The position numbers were made by a program, and so were the translations under genes. Shown in pieces: positions 53,551-64,000 of a DNA stretch of 64,000 nt (the stretch's first letter is position 1; each line of letters begins with the position of its first letter). The DNA is from Eledone cirrhosa (taxonomy: Eukaryota), in the NCBI GenBank assembly GCA_964016885.1, contig OZ024741.1:230206001-230270000 (forward strand), given 5' to 3'. Under the pieces are notes generated by a model. It saw only the letters and a program-made list of their open reading frames with translations, made no database searches and was not told the origin of the DNA.

Positions 53551-53847
53551 TGTATGAAAAACGGAATAGGTAGCCAGTACACATTAACCTGCAGCTGTAT
53601 AGGTGTTTAGTCAACAAGGGAATAGAAATATCCATGGAAATTTTCACGGCAAACAAAACTGGTGAAAGGGAGTGAAGTAGATATCTTAAAACCAGAAACC
53701 TCGGCCAAATGTATCCAACAGAATGGAGTTGTTAAAAGCAACTTGGTGGTGTTACATAAACTAACGGATTAAGTCTAATATATATTAGATTTAACGGATT
53801 AAGTCTAATATGTAAGATGGACTTCCATAACCTTTCCTCCTCCTCAT

Positions 53848-53882
53848 TTCTTCTTCTTCTTCTTCTTCTTCTTCTTCTTCTT

Positions 53883-53913
<31 letters not shown>

Positions 53914-54900
53914 ATGGATCTGCCCGTAATATCTGACAGGCGATTCTTGCTTAGATATTCTAACCACATATCTGTAGTACCGGAGTTGTTATTTCTCGAT
54001 ACGTTGTTATAGCAACTCTAGCAGGAGCAATACAATGATCTTCAAGCTACGCAACTCTATCGAGATGCATGACAATATGTAAGGCGCAGGCTCGATTAAA
54101 GATTGCAGAAGCTGCCTCATTACTGTACCAGTCCCAGGATTTCTTACAATTATTTTAGTCTCCGGCCTCCCACCACATATGAGCGTATCCACTTTCTTAA
54201 GTGCAATTCGACTCACAAGTAAAGTGCACTGCATTGACTTTTTAATCCTGCCATGTAGCACTCGGTAGCAAACCTATCCAATGAATGTCAGAGATCATCT
54301 TCTGATGATTCAGCTGAATGATCCTACACTCACCGATTTGATACCATTTTCAGTCCGGTTGCACATGTCAATTCGGTTCACGAAGCTGTGACCGGCTTTA
54401 AAAGATCAGAAAAGTATTTTTTACTTCACGATCATGCGCTTCTTTCCAGAGAGGAGAGGCTCTGATGAGTTCCTGATAGTAGACGTTCAGGGGAACAATT
54501 TATTACGAAATTAGGGGATGCTAGAATACTTTATTTGCTGATCTAAAAACAGATTCCAGTTTAACCCGAAAGTCATTCCATGCCTTAACTTTGAATGTCT
54601 TTACTGTCTCTGTTGCGACTTTTCGAGCCTGTTTGTACCACGAGTGCAAGAAATAATACTTAATTGCAAGCCAAGTTTGTAACCAACTGTTTTCGTTCGG
54701 ATAAAATGGAATAAGTTCTGTAACCTCCTGAAAGTATCAAGGTCTTTCTATCACCAGGTGCCTCACCCATCCACTTTCGTCTGCATCATATAGCAGCTAT
54801 AGGAGACACAGTAGAACTGAGTAGTCAACAACTCGTTTCAAACTCTTCATTCCCGTACAGTTTAAATCTTTCCGAATTTAACTCAAGGAGCATTGATCGG
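53848..54900 (-). mobile_element. Possible very old LINE 3' portion with (AGA)n tail
   Basis: Weak remnants (RVVDYS, CGG.PET) and a trinucleotide tail. Confidence 0.3.
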
Positions 54901-55214
54901 AACTGAGACTATAGGAGAACACATTTTTGCCCAAGTTGTCGTATACTGATATCAAACCTGAAAACGTAGTTGGTAAATAAAACTCGTAATCTCGCAGCCT
55001 TTATTCTGCCCCCAAAATGTTTTCTGTTGTTATATCAATTTTTTAAAATCTAATAACATATATTGTTTTTCGACGAATTCAGTTTAAGAACAGCAATATG
55101 CCACTGAAAAGAATTGTTAGTTTGCAATCAAACTGACATCTCTATCATTCTCACAGAGGGAAGGCTAGATGTTCAGACGTTAAATAATTCGATTAAATTT
55201 CTCAAAATTTCCTA

Positions 55215-55670
55215 ATAATGGTTTCTAATTTAGAGACAAGACCAGGTATGTGAGAGGATAACGAAATCAATTATATCAATGTCAATACTTGACTAGTACA
55301 TTATTTATCGACTCCGAAAGGGAAGGTCGAAAAACAAAGATAATTTCGGTCAGATTTAAATTCAGAATTTAATGGGCCATAAATATATACGGCAAGGGGC
55401 TTTGTTTGATGGTTCTGTTAATCTACTGAACTGAAACTATTTAAAAAATTGTTTCTATTTTTGGTAAAAGCCCAGCAATTTGGAGAGAAGGGAAATAGAT
55501 TAAATCGATCCCAGTGCTTTACTGGCATTTTAGTTTATTGACCTCGTATCGTAAGGATGAAAGTCAAAGCTAACCTTGGTGGTATGTGAACTCAGAACGT
55601 AGAGAGCCGGAACTATATGCCGCAGAGCATGTTCACCGGCGCTATAGCGATACTGCTAATCTACCGTCCT
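55215..55670 (-). mobile_element. Two diverged SINEs
   Basis: ggtttctaatttagagacaagacc... and aattgtttctatt...aaggatgaaagtcaaag...gaactcagaacgta. Confidence 0.75.
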
Positions 55671-55962
55671 AAACTATTCTGATAATAAGATATTTTTACA
55701 TGGAACATGTGAATAAATTATGAGATTAAATCGTGTAAGAGGAAATATTTGACTGTTATATTTCTTCAATTTCCTACAATGGACTCATACTCACATGAAG
55801 CTGTCTTTTATATGACGTATTGTATGTGTGATATGATAGGTCATATGATATATTTGTAGTATGATGTATTGCATGATGTTGTATATGATATATTATACTA
55901 TATGTTGTACGATATATTGTATATATACCTTATCGATATCAAGGAACAGAGAGAGAGAGAGG

Positions 55963-56065
<103 letters not shown>

Positions 56066-56692
56066 TATTATAGTGGATGACGGAAACTACACGTATGAAG
56101 GTTTGAATGCCCGTGTTTTTCAAGACGTATCCTTACATCTGTGTATACGAGCGGGGCTATGTATGCGCCATGTGTGTGTGTATACGTGTTGTACATTTAC
56201 ATGTGTGCGTAAATGCCTGTATACATTTGTATGTATATCTATGTATATGTGTGTAAATGAGTATCTGTATGTAAGTGAGTGTATGTGTGAGTGCATGTGT
56301 CTGTATACCTGTTCATAAAACATGCAATATTTCTTAGCCCTGTGTGTATGTAACTGGACATAATTTCGATTTGGATGAATCGATATATTTCCTTCTTCGA
56401 TACAGTACTCAATAGGAATAGCAAACGAATGAACTTGGTCTAATGAATATTACATGTAATTTCACTAGGGTGACTTGCTAATGGGGGTTACAGAATATTT
56501 TTACACCGATGACGTCATTCATCAGCAATGAACCGTATGCTAATTATATTCACATCATTATCACATCACTATAACATCGATTCGATTCATCTTACTGCAT
56601 ATATACTTACATATACGAACACATACATAATTTTGTCATGTATATGTAGAGGTGTATGAGTATAAACACACACACACACACGCACACTCACT

Positions 56693-56791
<99 letters not shown>

Positions 56792-58397
56792 ATATATATA
56801 TATTGAGAATAGACACACGAGTTTATACATATTAGGAAAATAAGAAAACAGTAGTAAATGCTGATAGAATTTTCTTTTAGAAAAACAGAAAAACTTTTTA
56901 AAAAGAACAAAACAAATTTTAGTACCGGTTTCAGCCGATAAACATGTCGACTTCTTCATACTACAGAAAATATGATAAAAAATATAAAAGTATATAATAA
57001 AGTTAATGTGTATATTAATTAGAAGAGAATATTAGGGAACATAGTTTACATATATAACCTACCAGCTTCCAAAATTTATAGCTGAGAAATTTCCAAATGC
57101 TCATTCGTAAACATACCGTATATCATTAGATATACAAAATTCACTTACTTATTCGTATTCATGTATGTTGGTGCGAAAACTTTAATTCTATTTTCAGCCT
57201 GACAGTTCCATATGCAGATGAGACTAATAAACCCATTTACATAGGCGTAAAAACTATATATTTTCGTCTGTATTAAATTCCAACAGAGAGCAGGTTAGGG
57301 AGCACTATGTTGGTAAGAACCACTTGCCAGAAAGGATTGTTGATAGTTATCCTCTACTGATTCTGCTGGAATTCGTTAGATCGCTTTTGCCATCAGGTTC
57401 CAAAAATCGTAGCTAAAAGAATTTCAAATGTTCATTCGTAAACGTACCGTATGTCATAAAATATACGAAATTCAGATACATAAATGTATACAAATTTTAA
57501 TTTTAATATTCATATTTATATTTATATAAACTTTAATCATTTTTTCTGTTAGATTCAAATGACACCCAATTTTCAACAATATGCCCTTAGTTCGGTAAAT
57601 AATGAGGGACTTAGGCTATGCATTATCTGAACTCAATGACAAGGTTTTGTTTTCCTTGTTTCGAATATTGTTATTTGAGATCTTTTTGTAAACTATATAA
57701 TTGAACTAAATATTCATTAAATTCTTCTCCGCCTTTTTGTTCATTTCCTATATATTCTATTTATTTAGCTACAGCAAGCTGTATATCTAACATGTTGTAT
57801 TATTTATTTTTCTCTCTCTTCTCCGCCCTTCCCCTTGAAGCATCTGAATTCCTTTCTTTTTACTTTCGTTCTATTTTCATATTTAGGTAATAGTTTTTTT
57901 AATGACATTGATTAATGAAGATATCTAGCACGAACAAATTAAGTTCATGATGACAATTGATATGTCGGGTAATACCCTAATATATCTGACTGTGTTTGCC
58001 CCATTGAAATGAAATTCTAGACTACAATCTACTGAAATGAGGATACGTGTGGTCATTTGTGGGCTCTCCGTCTGATGTCTGCAGAATAAGAGTTTATGTA
58101 TTTATTTATATTTACTGAGCAGTTAACATTTTATTTTATAAAGCTATTTATTCAAAAAACAAAACACAATTTTAAAGGGAATAAAAAAGAAATGAAAGAA
58201 GAAAAAAAATAATACAGTAACGAAAGAAAGGGAAACTAGGATACATACATTATACCCAAGTCTGAGCTGTGCCTCAGCCGCGACTAGCGGGAAAATGGCA
58301 AAACCATTATTGCATAGAATCGCCAGACACACCCGCTGCAACAACCACCCCACCTCACGGAGCTCCCTCCTCTATATGCATATATGCATATATACAT

Positions 58398-59160
58398 GAC
58401 TGTTTCTACTTTTAGTACAAGGACAGCAATTACCCCAGTGTATTACTGGTACTGTATTTTATCGACCACGTCAGAATGAAAGTCAAAGTTAACCTCGGCG
58501 GGATTTGAACTCAGAACGCATAGGGACGTAACTCTAGGTTTCGAAGCATGGTATCCGACGCTCTATCTACACTGCTAATCCACCACCCTTAACTCCAAAA
58601 TATAGTAATAAACGATGATTATCATTTGAATGTAGCGCACTCGTGTTTCGCGAGATATTACGATGTAAGTTGTGTTATAAAGAGGCTAATTAAACAGGTT
58701 TGAATAACTTTCTAATAACATATACAATATATATCTTGATGAATATCTGAAATTCAAATCATAAACAATGTTTTATTATTATAATAATTTCGTCGAGGTT
58801 AACTTTGCCTTTCATCCTTACGGGGTCGATAAAATAAAGTACCAGTAATGCACTGGGTAATTGCTGGCCTTGTGCCTAAAGTAGAAACAATTATTATAAT
58901 AATTTCTATAAAAGAGAGAGAGTGTTTTATAACTTCGGACAATTACACATTATTAATATTTATGTATGTAAGGGCGGTGGATTGGCAAAGGGTGGTGGAT
59001 TGGCGGTATCGGCAGAGAATCGGACGCCATACTTTGCAGCACAGTTACGTCCCTTTACGGACTGAGTTCAATTCAAATCCCGCCGAGGTTAACTTCATCT
59101 TTACGGGGTCGATAAAATAAAGTACCAGTAATGTACTTGGTAATTGCTGGCCTTGTGCCT
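58398..59160. mobile_element. SINE cluster (one minus, two plus) in repeat unit 1
   Basis: 58398-58588 minus; 58790-58895 and 58970-59160 plus. Confidence 0.85.
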
Positions 59161-59464
59161 TGTATTCATGTATATATGTATATATATGTATAAATAAATA
59201 AATATATATTGGTAATGAGTGAAAGTGGGGATGGAGAAATAAGAATGAGTTAGAGAGAACCTGAGAAGGAGAGATGAAATATTCAATTCAGAGAAGACAG
59301 CAGATGTTTCTAGATGTCTAGTAATACAAAAAGTTGAATGATTTTACATTTTCGATTTCACATAGCGTGAAACTAAGTGACAAATCCGGCTAATCCTGTA
59401 ACATATGTCTTTAATCGACGTCTTATATACGCCCTTTACTTCTGATTCAATGGGCAAACATTTT

Positions 59465-59524
<60 letters not shown>

Positions 59525-60165
59525 ATTTATTACAGTGGTTGACGGAAACTACACGTATGAAGGTTTGAATGCCCGTGTTTTTCAAGACGTATCCCTACAT
59601 CTGTGTATACGAGCGTGGCTATGTATGCGCCATGTGTGTGTGTATACGTGTTGTACATTTACATGTGTGCGTAAATGCCTGTATACATTTGTATGTATAT
59701 CTATGTATATGTGTGTAAATGAGTATCTGTATGTAAGTGAGTGTATGTGTGAGTGCATGTTTCTGTATACCTGTTCATAAAACATGCAATATTTCTTAGC
59801 CCTGTGTGTATGTAACTGGACATAATTTCGATTTGGATGAATCGATATATTTCCTTCTTCGATACAGTACTCAATAATAATAGCAAACGAATGAACTTGG
59901 TCTAATGAATATTACATGTAATTTCACTAGGGTGACTTGCTAATGGGGGTCGCAGAATATTTTTACACCGATGACGTCATTCATCAGCAATGAACCGTAT
60001 GCTAATTATATTCACATCATTATCACATCACTATAACATCGATTCGATTCATCTTACTGCATATATACTTACATATACGAACACATACATAATTTTGTCA
60101 TGTATATGTAGAGGTTTATGAGTATAAACACACACACACACACGCACACTTACTCACACACACAC

Positions 60166-60265
<100 letters not shown>

Positions 60266-61873
60266 ATATATATATATATATTGAGAATAGACACACGAGT
60301 TTATACATATTAGGAAAATAAGAAAACAGTAGTAAATGCTGATAGAATTTTCTTTTAGAAAAACAGAAAAACTTTTTAAAAAGAACAAAACAAATTTTAG
60401 TACCGGTTTCAGCCGATAAACATGTCGACTTCTTCATACTACAGAAAATATGATAAAAAATATAAAAGTATATAATAAAGTTAATGTGTATATTAATTAG
60501 AAGAGAATATTAGGGAACATAGTTTACATATATAACCTACCAGCTTCCAAAATTTATAGCTGAGAAACTTCAAAATGCTTATTCGTAAACATACCGTATA
60601 TCATTAGATATACAAAATTTACTTACTTATTCGTATTCATGTATGTTGGTGCGAAAACTTTAATTCTATTTTCAGCCTGACAGTTCCATATGCAGATGAG
60701 ACTAATAAACCCATTTACATAGGCGTAAAAACTATATATTTTCGTCTGTATTAAATTCCAACAGAGAGCAGGTTAGGGAGCACTATGTTGGTAAGAACCA
60801 CTTGCCAGAAAGGATTGTTGATAGTTATCCTCTACTGATTCTGCTGGAATTCGTTACATGGCTTTTGCCATCAGCTTCAAAAAATCGTAGCTAAAGAATT
60901 TCAAATGTTCATTCGTAAACGTACCGTATGTCATAAAATATACGAAATTCAGATACATAAATGTATACAAATTTTAATTTTAATATTCATATTTATATTT
61001 ATATAAACTTTAATCATTTTGTCTGTTGGGTTCAAATGACACCCAATTTTCAACAATATACCCCTAGTTCGGTAAATAATGAGAGACTTAGGCTATGCAT
61101 TATCTGTACTCAATGACAAGGTTTTGCTTTCCTTGTTTCGAATATTGTTATTTGAGATCTTTTTGTAAACTATATAATTGAACTAAATATTCATTAAATT
61201 CTTCTCCGCCTTTTTGTTCATTTCCTATATATTCTATTTATTTAGCTACAGCAAGCTGTATATCTAACATGTTGTATTATTTATTTTTCTCTCTCTTCTC
61301 CGCCCTTCCCATTGAAGCATCTGAATTCCTTTCTTTTTACTTTCGTTCTATTTTCATATTTAGGTAATAGTTTTTTATTGACATTGATTAATGAAGATAT
61401 CTAGCACGAACAAATTAAGTTCATGATGACAATTGATATGTCGGATAATACCCTAATATATCTGACTGTGTTTGCCCCATTGAAATGAAATTCTAGACTA
61501 CAATCTACTGAAATGAGGATACGTGTGGTCATTTGTGGGCTCTCCGTCTGATGTCTGCAGAATAAGAGTTTATGTATTTATTTATATTTACTGAGCAGTT
61601 AACATTTTATTTTATAAAGCTATTTATTCAAAAAACAAAACACAATTTTAAAGGGAATAAAAAAGAAATGAAAGAAGAAAAAAAATAATACAGTAACGAA
61701 AGAAAGGGAAACTAGGATACATACATTATACCCAAGTCTGAGCTGTGCCTCAGCCGCGACCAGCGGGAAAATGGCAAAACCATTATTGCATAGAATCGCC
61801 AGATACACCCTCTGCAACAACCACCCCACCTCACGGAGCTCCCTCCTCTATATGCATATATGCATATATACAT

Positions 61874-62636
61874 GACTGTTTCTACTTTTAGTACAAGGAC
61901 AGCAATTACCCCAGTGTATTACTGGTACTGTATTTTATCGACCACGTCAGAATGAAAGTCAAAGTTAACCTCGGCGGGATTTGAACTCAGAACGCATAGG
62001 GACGTAACTCTAGGTTGCGAAGCATGGTATCCGACGCTCTATCTACACTGCTAATCCACCACCCTTAACTCCAAAATATAGTAATAAACGATGATTATCA
62101 TTTGAATGTAGCGCACTCGTGTTTCGCGAGATATTACGATGTAAGTTGTGTTATAAAGAGGCTAATTAAACAGGTTTGAATAACTTTCTAATAACATATA
62201 CAATATATATCTTGATGAATATCTGAAATTCAAATCATAAACAATGTTTTATTATTATAATAATTTCGTCGAGGTTAACTTTGCCTTTCATCCTTACGAG
62301 GTCGATAAAATAAAGTACCAGTAATGCACTGGTTAATTGCTGGCCTTGTGCCTAAAGTAGAAACAATTATTATAATAATTTCTATAAAAGAGAGAGAGAG
62401 TTTTATAACTTCGGACAATTACACATTATTAATATTTATGTATGTAAGGGCGGTGGATTGGCAAAGGGTGATGGATTGGCGGTATCGGCAGAGAATCGGA
62501 CGCCATACTTCGCAGCACAGTTACGTCCCTTTACGGACTGAGTTCAATTCAAATCCCGCCGAGGTTAACTTCATCTTTACGGGGTCGATAAAATAAAGTA
62601 CCAGTAATGTACTTGGTAATTGCTGGCCTTGTGCCT
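61874..62636. mobile_element. SINE cluster in repeat unit 2
   Basis: Duplicate of 58398-59160. Confidence 0.85.
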
Positions 62637-62940
62637 TGTATTCATGTATATATGTATATATATGTATAAATAAATAAATATATATTGGTAATGAGTGAAA
62701 GTGGGGATGGAGAAATAAGAATGAGTTAGAGAGAACCTGAGAAGGAGAGATGAAATATTCAATTCAGAGAAGACAGCAGATGTTTCTAGATGTCTAGTGA
62801 TACAAAAAGTTGAATGATTTTACATTTTCGATTTCACATAGCGTGAAACTAAGTGACAAATCCGGCTAATCCTGTAACATATGTCTTTAATCGACGTCTT
62901 ATATACGCCCTTTACTTCTGAATCAATGGGCAAACATTTT

Positions 62941-63020
<80 letters not shown>

Positions 63021-63663
63021 ATTTATTACAGTGGTTGACGGAAACTACACGTATGAAGGTTTGAATGCCCGTGTTTTTCAAGACGTATCCCTACATCTGT
63101 GTATACGAGCGTGGCTATGTATGCGCCATGTGTGTGTGTATACGTGTTGTACATTTACATGTGTGCGTAAATGCCTGTATACATTTGTATGTATATCTAT
63201 GTATATGTGTGTAAATGAGTATCTGTATGTAAGTGAGTGTATGTGTGAGTGCATGTTTCTGTATACCTGTTCATAAAACATGCAATATTTCTTAGCCCTG
63301 TGTGTATGTAACTGGACATAATTTCGATTTGGATGAATCGATATATTTCCTTCTTCGATACAGTACTCAATAATAATAGCAAACGAATGAACTTGGTCTA
63401 ATGAATATTACATGTAATTTCACTAGGGTGACTTGCTAATGGGGGTCGCAGAATATTTTTACACCGATGACGTCATTCATCAGCAATGAACCGTATGCTA
63501 ATTATATTCACATCATTATCACATCACTATAACATCGATTCGATTCATCTTACTGCATATATACTTACATATACGAACACATACATAATTTTGTCATGTA
63601 TATGTAGAGGTGTATGAGTATAAACACACACACACACACACGCACACTTACTCACACACACAC

Positions 63664-63751
<88 letters not shown>

Positions 63752-64000
63752 ATATATATATATATATTGAGAATAGACACACGAGTTTATACATATTAGG
63801 AAAACAAGAAAACAGTAGTAAATGCTGATAGAATTTTCTTTTAGAAAAACAGAAAAACTTTTTAAAAAGAACAAAACAAATTTTAGTACCGGTTTCAGCC
63901 GATAAACATGTCGACTTCTTCATACTACAGAAAATATGATAAAAAATATAAAAGTATATAATAAAGTTAATGTGTATATTAATTAGAAGAGAATATTAGG

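Noticed and set aside
57060-57280. Possible GIY-YIG remnant on the minus strand (also near 26400-26610 and 47300-47390)
   Set aside because: Only a few residues resemble the motif. This cannot be supported without a profile search.

Overview
Eukaryotic, AT-rich, microsatellite-saturated DNA, most likely from a coleoid cephalopod such as octopus (inferred from the SINE family and repeat landscape, not proven). No intact host protein-coding gene is visible. The window holds a near full-length Tx1/L1-clade LINE (1.2-7.0 kb, minus) and a decayed relative. It also holds two full-length RTE-type LINEs with target-site duplications, RTE/Rex3 and CRE fragments, about 20 tRNA-derived SINE copies (mostly minus strand), three Helitron-type elements, and a ~3.48 kb tandem repeat running off the right end. 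A few isolated splice-site-bounded segments hint at non-coding exons of a plus-strand gene. The most striking unexplained structure is a set of short non-coding inserts sitting in (TA)n tracts that carry minimal type I hammerhead ribozyme motifs of the Penelope-like kind, from at least five sequence families. Three are fold-back palindromes whose axis lies on or beside the CUGANGA catalytic core, and one family has a compensatory U3:A8 core. All assignments are by eye; no database search or folding program was run.
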